Shown one piece after another: positions 1-12,412 of a stretch of DNA of 43,545 nt. Both the position numbers and the translations under genes were made by a program. Source of the DNA: Octopus bimaculoides (Eukaryota); contig NC_068987.1 in the NCBI RefSeq assembly GCF_001194135.2, positions 70,269,180 to 70,312,724 of the forward strand, in the 5' to 3' direction. How positions within the stretch are numbered: the first letter of the stretch is position 1; every line of letters starts with the position of its first letter. The notes beneath the pieces were generated by a model. The model was not told where the DNA came from. It made no database searches and saw nothing but the letters and a program-made list of their open reading frames with translations.

Positions 1-113
1 CGATCACGGTGTAATGACTAAACGAAATAGATTAATATTTGGACATATAAGCGCTCGACGGAAAAAGTAGCGTTTTTGTAACCATATATGTGTGTGTGTG
101 TGTGTGTGTGTAT

Positions 114-510
114 GCAGGAGTGGCTGTGTGGTAAGTAGCTTGCTCACCAACCGCATGGTTCAGGGTTCTTTCCCACAGCGTGGAATCTTGGGCAAGTGTC
201 TTCTACTACAGCCTCGGGCCGACCAAAGCCTTGTGAGTGGATTTGGTAGACGGAAACTGAAAGAAGCCCGTCGTATATATGTTTATACATATATATATAT
301 ATATATATACATTTAGGTGTGTGTGTGGGTTTGTGTATCTGGTGTGTTTACGTCCCCGTAAATTAGCGGTTTGTCAAAAGAGACTGATAGAATAAATACT
401 ACGCTTCCAAAGAATAAGTCCTGGGGTCGATCTGCTCGAGTAAAGGCGGTGCTCCAGCATGGACTCAGGCAAATGACTGAAACAAGTAAAAGAGTAAAAG
501 AATAAAAGAG
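114..510 (+). mobile_element. tRNA-derived SINE, family A (octopus-type), full length
   Basis: Head GCAGGAGTGGCTGTGTGGTAAG...GGTTC (A/B-box-like), internal (TA)n(TG)n, tail ending (TAAAAGAG)n. Aligns by eye with copies at 17516-17996 and 31279-31750. Confidence 0.85.
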
Positions 511-1260
511 CATGTATGTATGTATGTAATGATTCTGCCAGCTCGCCGCCTATTCAGTTCATCGAAATGTTAAAAGACAAGCTGTAGTCCACGAATACAT
601 CTACAAAGATGGAGAAAAACATGGATAATATACCAGTGCGTAAAATTTATTTGTTTGGTTCAAGACGATACTCCAGCATAACTACAGTTGTATAACTGAA
701 ACAAGCAAAGGATAATGTACTTCTTTTCTTAGCAAGATGTGGGATGGTATTCGTAAAACGCTATTTGCAGAAAAGGGGTGCAGAGATAAATAACATTGAG
801 AATCACTGCTCTAAACTATCACTGTTTGAAAGTATTCATTTGCTGTGATTTTAATGAGAGTGTTTTCTTTTTGTTTTATTTTTTGTGACATACAGCCTAA
901 AGATACATTACTGTACAACATCAATTAGAAGAAAGCAGTTTCAATGGATTTCTCGTTTTGTTTCTCTGTACTGGATTCAGGATCTTTAGAATCAATGTCA
1001 TATTTCAACAACTAAACGCAATGATGTCACTTAGGCGTATTTAAGATTCAAATAATGTTACACAATCAAGAACATCATTATGAAGTACCGCAAGTTGAAT
1101 ACATAAATCTCACTATCTCAGGAATGCAAGAGAAATTCATTAACGCTTTTTTGTTGTTTTTTTTTTTTCTCTAGAGGTGTTCTGTAATTCTGACATGCAA
1201 AAGCGTCACGATGTCTACATGGTTTTAAAAGTATTGGCAATATTGATGTCAATTTTTTAG

Positions 1261-1456
1261 CACAAGGCCTAAAATTTCGAGGTAGTGAGAAATCGATTAC
1301 ACTGACCCCAGTGTTCAACTGGTACTTATTTCATCGGCCCGAAAGTATAAAAGGCAAAGTTCATCTAGACGAAATTTGAAGTCAGAACATAAAAACGGAC
1401 GAAATGGCGCCAAGCATTCTTCCTGGCATGCTAACGATTCTGCCAGCACGCAGCTT
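1261..1456 (-). mobile_element. SINE family C, diverged
   Basis: Reverse complement of the GCTGGCAGAATCGTTAGCA...TTCTGA(G/C)TTCAAAT...GATAAAATAAGTACCAG core seen in the 21997 and 38455 copies. Confidence 0.75.
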
Positions 1457-2561
1457 TAACTATTGGTAATATTGAACAGGTGGGAGGAAATTAGGTATGA
1501 TTACACTGCCATAGGAAACAGGTACCGTAGATTTTTGCTATTAGTTACAACTGTCATCATCAATTTCACATAGTTGTATTTACATGTTGCTAACATAGAA
1601 CAAGCTGTAGTGAGTGTCCTGAATCATATCTTCTGGAAATATGGCTTGGCAAGTAGGTATGGTGCGAGGTTGCCGTTCCATCTATTCACATCAAGAGAAA
1701 AAGACGAGCCAATAATAGTGCCCATAAGAAGTCGCTCAACCTGATAGAAATGCACGCCAAATCTCATCAACTTACGTACCATCAACGTATGAGATTAGAT
1801 AATGCTGTCCGTTATTCTCTGATCATAAGGAAAGAATGAATTGAAAACATTTGGAATGCCTTTGATCATAGGTTTGAAAGATCAGGAATCAAAGGAGTTA
1901 AACAAGATATACAATTGATACTAAATCTCATGTTCTCCTATTTTGCATTTTCACTTGTATCTCTTCCATTCCACTGATATTCGAAATAACTTTGTGTACC
2001 ATCTTACATCCTTAAAATGGACTTGAAACCATACTGAAATATGCATGGATCATTTTTGAAACTGAAATTCGAAACTACGAATACTTGTGTATCTTTCATA
2101 TCTCTACTTGTCTAACTTTTTTAATGGTTTTGTTTATATATCTGTAAGATTCTATAGATAAGTACCTGTATAGATGTACACAGACACAACACAAATGCAC
2201 ATAGGCAAACATTTGCACATATATATATATATATGTATATATATATATGTGTGTATATATATATATATGTGTGTGTGTGTGTATGTATGTATGCATGTAT
2301 GTATATATATATATNNNNNNNNNNNNNNNNNNNNNNNNNNNNNNNNNNNNNNNNNNNNNNNNNNNNNNNNNNNNNNNNNNNNNNNNNNNNNNNNNNNNNN
2401 NNNNNNNNNNNNNNNNNNNNNNNNNNNNNNNNNNNNNNNNNNNNNNNNNNNNNNNNNNNNNNNNNNNNNNNNNNNNNNNNNNNNNNNNNNNNNNNNNNNN
2501 NNNNNNNNNNNNNNNNNNNNNNNNNNNNNNNNNNNNNNNNNNNNNNNNNNNNNNNNNNNNN

Positions 2562-4653
2562 NTATAGTAAGGATTTAAATGATGAATCAATAATCAGAAA
2601 TAAATACCACTTCACCCACTACAAGAGAAAGGGCAAATATTTAGACGCGTATGTAGACACGATTTCAAAATTTCCCCTAAATATCCTCAGATGCAAACAA
2701 AACCTTCGTGAAGAAGAAAAAGAAGCCTTACAAACACTGAAGAATGACAACTCAATCATCCTAAAAGAACCCTATAAGAGAGGGGTGATAGTAATCATGG
2801 ACAAGGACTATTATAAAGATAAAATATTGGAAATGTTAACAAACCAAACCTATTACAAGAGAGAAACAAGACACCCAGAAAAAACAATAATGATTAAAAT
2901 CCGAAGACTAATCAATGAATTCCAAGATTCCTTCGTAGACAAGGAGAAATATTATATATGCAATTCTGTAATCAAAGAGAGCAATTTCTACGGATTCCCC
3001 AAAATCTACAAAAGCTCCGAAATACAAAGTGCCATAAATAAGCAGACGTAAAAATACTAAGGCCTGCTAACCTCAAACTAAGACCAATAGTTTCAGGACC
3101 CCAAACACCAATACAACAGCTAAGTCATTTGTAGATATACTCCTAAAACCTTTGTGCCTTTTAATACCGGGGTATTCACACATCCCGCCCACTGTTGCAG
3201 AAGGTACTATACTGACAAGTTATGGTGTCACCAATCTCTATACTAATATACCTCACATTTTAGGCCTAGAAGTAATCAAACACTGGCCAGAGAACCATGG
3301 AGGACGGATAAATGAATGCTTCAAGACTGACTTCATCACCAAGGCCACACGTCTAGTACTAGAAGAAAATACCTTTAGATTCGACAATAAAACATCGATA
3401 ATTAAAGGGCACGGCTATGGGGATGCAGTTTGCGCCCTTATATGTAAACTTAGATATGGGATACTTGGAAGAAAAACTTTATGGGGAAGTAGAAAAAACT
3501 TTTGATTAGGAGTACAAGAAATATATCATTAAAAAGTGAAAGCGCTTCTTTGATGATTGCTTCAGTTTCTGGGACAGATCAAATGAAGATCTAAGTATAT
3601 TTAACAATGCACTGAACACACTTCACTCATCCATCAAATTCACGACAGAATGATGTTGCAATAAATTACCATTCCTGGATATCCGCATAAAAATACAGAA
3701 GTCCACACTCACGACAGACATATTTTACAAAAAACTGACACACACTAATATTTAAAGTTCTTTTCTTGCCATCCATCACACATCAAAAGAAACATCCCAT
3801 ACAGCATGGCAAGACGCATCTGTACTATAGTGAGTGACCCCAACATACGTGAAATCCGACTCAACGAACTCAAAGGCTTCTTCACAATGCAGAAAAACAT
3901 ATCAGGATTAATTAATGAGGGAATTAAAAAGGTGATGAAACTGAACATCATCCAACTACGGACTCCTAAGGAAAAGTTAATGAAAATAAGATTCCATTCG
4001 TTAACACAAACACTCTAACATCTTTCACGCCATAAAATCGAACTTACATGTATTCCTACAAAGCCCCAAAATGAAAAATCTGATTAAAAATAACACCCTA
4101 CGGAATATTAGACGCCAAGCAAAATATCTTAAAATACACCTCACAAGGGCAGGATTCAAATCTGAGAATGAATCAGAATTCTTAGTAAAAGAATGTGGTG
4201 ATAGGAGATGCGGAACATGCAACAACTTTAAATACTTGGAAAGTGGTTCCCGCATAAAATTCAAGAGCGGATCACTTCAAAATAAATGCAGATATGAACT
4301 GCAAAGCGCAAAACTTTATTATATACTGCATTACCTGCCCAAACTGCAAAGAAAATTACATTGGCGAAACAAATACTTCCTTCTGCCAACGTGCAAGAAT
4401 CCACAGGCAACATATCCGACAAGAGGATTTGCGCAAGATTCCATTAAGTAAGTATCTGGAAATATACAGTGACGGAAAATTCAAAGTCTTTTCCCCCTTT
4501 ACAAATGAGTACGGACGATCCGCAATAGTGAAAAGCAAAATTGAATGTTTAAAAGAAAAGCGGAGACAGTACATTGTGTATTCTAAAATATAACTCAAAT
4601 ATTGGTAATATAATGTTCATCTCTGTAAATATTCAGAACTACATTTCATCAAA
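2562..4653 (+). mobile_element. Penelope-like retroelement (RT + GIY-YIG endonuclease), frameshifted, both ends in gaps
   Basis: RT motifs read across frames: LRPIVSG (about 3078), SYGVTNLYTNIP, GTAMGMQFAPLYVNL (about 3408), RFFDDCF (3543), IKFTTE, LPFLDI, YKKTDTH.YL.F.SCHP. Cys linker CGDRRCGTC (about 4194). GIY-YIG module IIYCITCPNCKENYIGET...R...H (4321-4410). Several stops and frameshifts. Confidence 0.92.
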
Positions 4654-5556
4654 NNNNNNNNNNNNNNNNNNNNNNNNNNNNNNNNNNNNNNNNNNNNNNN
4701 NNNNNNNNNNNNNNNNNNNNNNNNNNNNNNNNNNNNNNNNNNNNNNNNNNNNNNNNNNNNNNNNNNNNNNNNNNNNNNNNNNNNNNNNNNNNNNNNNNNN
4801 NNNNNNNNNNNNNNNNNNNNNNNNNNNNNNNNNNNNNNNNNNNNNNNNNNNNNNNNNNNNNNNNNNNNNNNNNNNNNNNNNNNNNNNNNNNNNNNNNNNN
4901 NNNNNNNNNNNNNNNNNNNNNNNNNNNNNNNNNNNNNNNNNNNNNNNNNNNNNNNNNNNNNNNNNNNNNNNNNNNNNNNNNNNNNNNNNNNNNNNNNNNN
5001 NNNNNNNNNNNNNNNNNNNNNNNNNNNNNNNNNNNNNNNNNNNNNNNNNNNNNNNNNNNNNNNNNNNNNNNNNNNNNNNNNNNNNNNNNNNNNNNNNNNN
5101 NNNNNNNNNNNNNNNNNNNNNNNNNNNNNNNNNNNNNNNNNNNNNNNNNNNNNNNNNNNNNNNNNNNNNNNNNNNNNNNNNNNNNNNNNNNNNNNNNNNN
5201 NNNNNNNNNNNNNNNNNNNNNNNNNNNNNNNNNNNNNNNNNNNNNNNNNNNNNNNNNNNNNNNNNNNNNNNNNNNNNNNNNNNNNNNNNNNNNNNNNNNN
5301 NNNNNNNNNNNNNNNNNNNNNNNNNNNNNNNNNNNNNNNNNNNNNNNNNNNNNNNNNNNNNNNNNNNNNNNNNNNNNNNNNNNNNNNNNNNNNNNNNNNN
5401 NNNNNNNNNNNNNNNNNNNNNNNNNNNNNNNNNNNNNNNNNNNNNNNNNNNNNNNNNNNNNNNNNNNNNNNNNNNNNNNNNNNNNNNNNNNNNNNNNNNN
5501 NNNNNNNNNNNNNNNNNNNNNNNNNNNNNNNNNNNNNNNNNNNNNNNNNNNNNNNN

Positions 5557-5562
5557 ATATAT

Positions 5563-5629
<67 letters not shown>

Positions 5630-5632
5630 TAT
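5557..5632. repeat. (GATA)n microsatellite
   Basis: Direct reading; abuts a gap. Confidence 0.95.
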
Positions 5633-6140
5633 AGGTATGTACTTAAATGGTGAAAACATCAGTCGAAAGAATGGATCTGAGAAAACTTTTCTTGTGCGTG
5701 ATGAATTACGTAAATTTGTTATACCGTTGCATAGCGATTCGTAAATGAAATACTTATTCATGGTGCTAAATTTTAATAGACTAGACATCGGAAAATATTC
5801 TATAAATATCAGTTAATATACTGTAGATAAATTACGATTATGTAGGAGTTTTGGTTATATGACTAATATCTGGGGATTTTTTTTATTTTTTCAGAACCCA
5901 AACGTCATTTAAGGTTGAAAGTTGTAATGAAGAGAAAATGGGTAACTCTATTGGTAAAGGTGCAACAAGATTTTATATGATTGTAGATATATTTGAATTA
6001 GATACCGAAAGTAATCTTCCCTAATTTTATCAGACCTCACCTTTGCCCTTCATGTAAGTATTTATTAAGATAAAATTAGAAAATCCTTTTCACTAATAAT
6101 TTAAGTATAATATACTGACATTTTGTTTTTAAATGTACAT

Positions 6141-6240
<100 letters not shown>

Positions 6241-6744
6241 CATAAATAATATATAAATATATCCATATATCCATACATATATGTACATACCTACATACAT
6301 ACATCTATATGTATACATATATGCATATATGGATACAGGACATCACAAAAAACGTTAAATACAATGAGAAATGAGACATGCAACATAAAGAATATTTCCC
6401 TTCTTCAGTTGTCCCTGTTCCATCTACTCTGCGTTTCGAAGGCAAAAAAAAGATAAACAAATAGAAAAATGAGAAGTATAGACATGTACTGTATTATTTT
6501 ATTGACAAAAAGGCATAAAAATCACTCTGCACATTTTGTGTTGTTTTGAATGTGTAGCAATAGATTTCATAGAAAGTCATGATTTTCTGTTGACGATAGT
6601 TCTATACATTTCAGATAAATAAACAACTTTACAGATTCTGGTAAAAGTGAAGTTCTATCCCCTTTACAATACCAACAGTAAAATTCAAAATATCAATAGA
6701 GTAATAATGGTTACTAATTCAAACGCGTGCAAGTTCATCAATTA

Positions 6745-6880
6745 TGAGGAGAGGTATTAGTCGATACTATCGACTCAATACTTGAGGGATACTTTGTTTT
6801 ATCGAACACAAAGGAGCAAGGGGTAAAACTGACCGCTGCAAAATCTGAAACGTAAAAGTGCGAAAAAAATAACTTTCGCG
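6745..6880 (-). mobile_element. SINE family C, highly degenerate fragment
   Basis: TAGTCGATACTATCGACTC...TTTATCGAAC resembles the reverse complement of the family C core. Confidence 0.45.
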
Positions 6881-6899
6881 TTAAACATATTATTTAAAA

Positions 6900-7960
6900 A
6901 GAAGAACCCAAGAAAAGTATTAAACCATTTAACGCAGACATAATAAATGAATGGAAAACACCTACAATATTAGGTTCTGAATAAAAGGATTCATCATGGC
7001 CTTCAGTGTGATAGCTATTCCAAACTGAAAAAAGAAAAAAAGGCCTATGGAAATATATACGGACTGATGGACGATTAACCACTGAATGTAAACTCGCAAA
7101 CGGAACAGAATTCAAATTAATACCAAATAAATTCAGCACAAAATAAAAAGAAATGGCAGACTAAACACATGAAACCTCTATCATTTGGTCCTATATTAAA
7201 TTCCCTGCACACAATGAATTCGATGCATAAAAACTATCCAAAATAGAGCAGGCAACATTCCGCATCGCCAGACATTAAAAAAGCAGTCGTCGGGATTCGA
7301 TAAGTATGATGAAAATAAAGATAATATCCTAATGTAATATCTGCTGAGAAGTAATCCCAGTCTAAAAATAACTTTGATCCCAATAGACCAGTTAATTTGA
7401 GAAAATATAGTCTTGATACCAAGCATATATCAAACATAAAAATAGAATACTTGAAATACAAATGTATGCAATAAAAATACAAGTAACAAATATATGCAAA
7501 CAACTAGAATAAGAACATGTAATCATCGGGAATCCAACAGACGAAGACATACGTAGCATAACCTAAAGACATAAAATAACTATCAAGGTACAAAAAAAAA
7601 AAAAAGAAAGAAGACCTAGCTTTCCTACTGAACAACTTCCGATCTACAGCAACAGGAATAAGAATACAAGTCCTATTGAAAATGACCATAAAAAATGTTG
7701 CTTCACTGACGTATGAATTCCAACGTACGACAATATATTTCCAAAAGATATTGAGAAACTATTCAGATATAAACATCTAGATATAGAGTATGGGGAATAA
7801 AAATAAACAATCCCCATCATAATAGGTGCCTCGGGAATGATGGAAATGATATACAAACATGTAACCAAATCACCAAGACTTACACTTCGACAGACCTATA
7901 CAAAATATCACTCCAAGGCATTAGATACATTAGTATACAGAATATGTTCAATATACAATA
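6900..7960 (+). mobile_element. R4/Dong-like non-LTR retrotransposon relic (restriction-like endonuclease end)
   Basis: KKCCFTDV*IP (7696), EKLFRYKHLDIE (7753) and TIPIIIGASG (7807) match the D(V/I)xIP...K..KY..L...IPIIVGALG C-terminus of RLE LINEs. The part upstream of about 7640 is weakly supported and the 5' boundary is approximate. Confidence 0.6.
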
Positions 7961-8170
7961 AAGGTAGAATATAAAAACTGTACGGTTATGTGCTGAAAAC
8001 CCACAATAAAAATATGACTGCTGAAGTATAATTTTTTTCCTTTTTTTAGCTGCTGTAAACGGCCTCATGAAAGTGGAACGGTTTATGAAAAATTATTGGA
8101 AACGAAGTGTGTACCATACATACATGCATGAATACACACACTACACGTGCATACACGTATGCATACATAC

Positions 8171-8218
<48 letters not shown>

Positions 8219-8255
8219 CAATGCGTACATACATACATACACACATACATACATA

Positions 8256-9066
8256 GGAGGTGCGTTCAAAAAGTATCAGACTTCTTTTCCCGCCAAAATT
8301 AATGCTGCATGGGCAAAATCCTTTAGGTTGTAGGTGACTCCTCGCTTTCTGTGTATGCACGAAAACTTTTGCGTCGGTAGACCGCATCCGTTCCTAATTG
8401 TTACGCCTAGAGTACAGAAAACTTTTCCGCACATGTCAGATTTTCGTTTTCTTGCAAGATGCACGGACGCATCGAGCAGAGATCATAAACTCATGTTTCA
8501 TCACTATTGATCCAGTTCTATACGGAATTGCATTTGCTAGTCCACTAGCACCTTGGGAACGGATTTCACTGATACTCTCCGCACGCACAAATCCTCCGTT
8601 AAAACGAAATGCACTGATCCTGTGCTTATTCCCACTTCGTGATAAATTTCTTTGATCGTTACACAACGTCATTCCATGACTATTCTCCGAACCTTCTAAA
8701 TAGACTCCTCGTTTCGGCTTGTGCACAGGCTGTTTGAGTTTGTCTCCATCTCCATTGAGGTACAGCTATGTTTGGAGTGCTTGTACCACTCCTTGATCGC
8801 AGTTTAAACAATGGCATCATTGCCAAATGCTAGTTGAAACTTCTGGATAGTTGGACCTTAAGGATCATAATGCTTTATACTAAACTTGATGCAAAGTCTC
8901 TGCCCAGTGCGTTTGGAGAAAACGAAAGGCTGACAAGTGAGCGTTACACATCTGTTCTCTAGGCGCATGCAAGGGAAATGTGGTGTGATCTTCCAGCGAA
9001 AGATTTTGCCCACACAGCTTTAGTTTTTGCGTAAATATAAAATCGGGTACTTCTGAACGCACATCG
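8256..9066 (-). mobile_element. Mariner DNA transposon, internally deleted
   Basis: TIRs GGAGGTGCGTTCAAAAAGTATCAGA and (reverse complement) CGATGTGCGTTCAGAAGTACCCGAT, flanked by TA at 8254-55 and 9067-68. Minus-strand transposase remnants: IQKFQLAFGND, SRNEESI*KVRRIVME*RCVTIKEI, HEVGISTGSVHFVLTEDLCVRRVSVKSVPK, INSDET*VY. Confidence 0.88.
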
Positions 9067-9447
9067 TACATTCATACATACATACATACATACAGACAGA
9101 CAGACAGACAGACAGATATATACATACATATATACATATATGTACATCTATGTATGCATATATANNNNNNNNNNNNNNNNNNNNNNNNNNNNNNNNNNNN
9201 NNNNNNNNNNNNNNNNNNNNNNNNNNNNNNNNNNNNNNNNNNNNNNNNNNNNNNNNNNNNNNNNNNNNNNNNNNNNNNNNNNNNNNNNNNNNNNNNNNNN
9301 NNNNNNNNNNNNNNNNNNNNNNNNNNNNNNNNNNNNNNNNNNNNNNNNNNNNNNNNNNNNNNNNNATCGTCAATTAGTAATAAAATTAATAATTAACAAT
9401 TTTGCCGAGTAGCTCAGTATGAAAAAACCTTTATCGGTAAAACCATT

Positions 9448-9718
9448 TATAATCATAAATATACAGGGATTAGTAGAAGCCTGCTTCTCCAACATACTGA
9501 GAATTCAGAAATAGCAGTCAAAGAACTACTGATTCCAAACTACAAATTTTTTCTCTAATGGATGGCGATATTTATGGCACACACAGAACAAAAAACATTG
9601 ACATCCATTAGAGAAAAAAATTGTAGTTTGGAATCAGTAGATCTTTGACTGCTATTTCTGAATTCTCAGTATGTTGGAGAAGCAGGCTTCTGCTAATCCC
9701 TGTATATTTATGATTATA
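9448..9718. repeat. Long near-perfect inverted repeat (117-bp arms, 37-bp spacer)
   Basis: 9448-9564 versus the reverse complement of 9602-9718: 114/117 identical by hand alignment. Confidence 0.95.
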
Positions 9719-9743
9719 TATATATATATATATNNNNNNNNNN

Positions 9744-9823
<80 letters not shown>

Positions 9824-10149
9824 GAGGTTTCAAATGTAAAATCAAAATATATAGCAATAGAAACCAAAGTGGTAAGAAACACTGAAACATAAGCTGTACC
9901 AAGCCAACATGGGTGGATCGAACCAACAGAACCTTGCTCATCTTCCAGCAATTTTTTAATCTCCCTGTCCTACAACCATTGTGTCACCTTTCAGCAAATT
10001 TGCTTCGGAGCACAATCTCCAAAGCAGCTCTCACCTCATGTTTCAAGTGATACATAAATGAACGGATAATTAGACACGTGTTATTCATCCATTTAATCTG
10101 CGTTTACTAGACCACATTCGTTTCCAAACCTATGCTCACGAAAAAGTTT

Positions 10150-12167
10150 CCATTATTTCGGACAAATGAAGACGGTGGAAATAACAGTTTGATATAGATC
10201 CACATGTCAGCAATGTTATAGCACATAATGAGTGTGTGGAGAAGTGTCTGTACTCTCTGATAATTACGGACAGGAACGACTGACCCAAATCCCCTCCTCT
10301 AAATGCTTGTTCCAAACCAATGATGATCCATGGCTTGCACCGTCAGATCAGACGGTGGAAGGCAAAAGGCCGAGGTCACACGCTTGTGCCTCAACGGGCC
10401 ACTTACGGTTTTTTCTGCCCAGAGAACCAGAACAGAAGTGCAGAAAGAAATATCTAAACGAAAGTACCACAACCCATGAGTTGACATAAATAGCAAGAAC
10501 AACAGCAACAACAACAACAACAGAAAGCCAGGGGAATAAAAACAGAAATTGAACCCAAGGAGATAAAACAGGCAGGTGTTACAGTAAGGAGGGGGGGGGC
10601 AGTGGGAGTAGCACCAGCACCAGTGGTGGAAGCTACAGTAGCAAGAGTAACACCAACAACAATAAGAAAACCTGAACAAACAGCACCAGAAGAAAACATA
10701 CACGACACGGACTCCTCCACGCATCCAAGTGATGGTAAAGGGGAAGCCCAAAAGACAGGAAAGAAAAAACAAAGAAAGAGACAGAAAAAAGGGAAAAATC
10801 GAAGAAACGGCAAACACAGACACACTGATGAGAACACCAACGCTACAAACACCACAATCACCACCACCATCACAAACACCAACAAAAGAAACACAACAAA
10901 CTTTAAAAAGCAAAATGTCACTAAAACAAGTGAGGAGGTCCAATGAAAAGCTGATGGCTCTCACAGCAAAAAATGAGAACATTGTATCAGAGGGAGTGAT
11001 CTACAAATCCCAACACTTTTAGAGTACCGGAGAGCCTAATGATGGTGCCAATGACATTAGAGACTTATGCGAGCATTAAGCGGAGCTACCCCATGACACT
11101 GGATCTTCCAGTGTAACGGCCAGTAAATGGTTTTTAAGAGGGTCTCCAGAAGAACCGAACAAAACAGACAGGTTGGGAGAACCACTCGTCTACAAACATC
11201 ACCAAGAGGGTAAATGACATCTTGGCATCTCGGGTGCCATCAAACACTCACAGCCCTCCACCAGGCAGGCAATGCAGTCGGTGATAGTTCTACTCTAGTG
11301 TTCTATAGAGGGTTAGTGGAGGGAAAGTGCGACGACGTTCTCGGGGAAACTCTGGGTATAGATGAAGATCAAATTCATCTGTTTCGTCTGTTTCGGAGAA
11401 CTTTCGGGCCTGGGCCTATGGATAACTTCCAGAAATCCCTAACCTACCAGTGCTTCCGAGGTGCGCTGCCTATTCGAGATAAACTTTACAGGCACGGATG
11501 TACCGTCAGCCGGGTCTAGCCGAAGTGTGCACAGAGCAATGAATGTGTTCTACATGCCCTCGTCCAGTGTCCAAATATTGCTGACCTACATTTTTATGTC
11601 GAACACCTGCTGTCGCGTGTAGGACAGACCCAGCTATCCCCTGAATTCATTGTGAAGATTTCCCCGCCACCCTCTTTTTGGCCGGGAGGGGCAGGCAATT
11701 TTTATTTGTCTAGTGGTTGTAGCGAAAGAGGTAGTATGGTAGACCCGTTTGAAAGGGCTAAAGACAGATATTTACCTCTTTGACCAAGCCCATATCAACA
11801 TTTTAAAGTTTCATTTGAAAAGAAAGTTGAGGGTAGAGAAGGAAACGTTGCTTTCTAGCAAGTTTGTTGAAAGGTGGATGAACGTTAGAAGAATGGTCAG
11901 TGTGAAAGGACCAATTCTGAGCATACAGCTGTGAGAAATAAAAGAAGGGCTATTGCTGTGTTGATCAGGTACCCGTGACTTTTGTGGGGTTTTCCATGAG
12001 GACCTTAAAGCGCCTCCCCTATTGGGAGTTTTAATTTGTTTAATTTGTTGTTTTATCTACTGTTGACACGCTGTAAAACCCATTGTACCGTCCTGCTTTT
12101 TTGTCTTTTATGTTCTTGCATGTCATTTAATGTTGTTTTATGTGAGCCCTTGTGGCTAATAAAAGAA
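10150..12167 (+). mobile_element. L1/Tx1-like LINE, internally deleted (ORF1 end joined to ORF2 C-terminus and 3' UTR)
   Basis: Degenerate gag-type knuckle TVEGKRPRSHACASTGHLRFFLP (10352-10420) and low-complexity ORF1 tail. ORF2 zf-RVT region QKSLTYQCFRGALPIRDKL...*PKCAQSNECVLHALVQCP (11420-11574). AATAAA at 12158. The 5' boundary is approximate. Confidence 0.75.
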
Positions 12168-12216
12168 TCGATTATTATTATTGTTGTTGTTGTTGTTGTT
12201 ATTGCCGTTATTATAG

Positions 12217-12412
12217 AGGTAGTGGCCTGGCAAAATGCATAGCGGTATTTCAGTCTTTACGTTCTGAGTTCAAATTCCACTGAGATAGAATTTGCATTTT
12301 ATCATTTCGGGATCGCTAAAACAAGTCCCAATTGAACATTTGAGACGATGTAATCGACTACTCCCCTCCCCACAAATTACAGGCCTCGTGCCTACATAAG
12401 AAACGATTATTA
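12217..12412 (+). mobile_element. SINE family C
   Basis: GGCAAAATGCATAGCGGTATTTC...TTCTGAGTTCAAATTCC...GATGTAATCGACT core, preceded by (ATT/GTT)n. Confidence 0.75.

Noticed and set aside
6328-6445. Minus-strand CCTTCGAAACGC...CTGAAGAAGGG resembling a permuted hammerhead
   Set aside because: No NUH triplet in register, no stem I pairing and a weak stem II. It may be a decayed repeat end but I cannot support a ribozyme.
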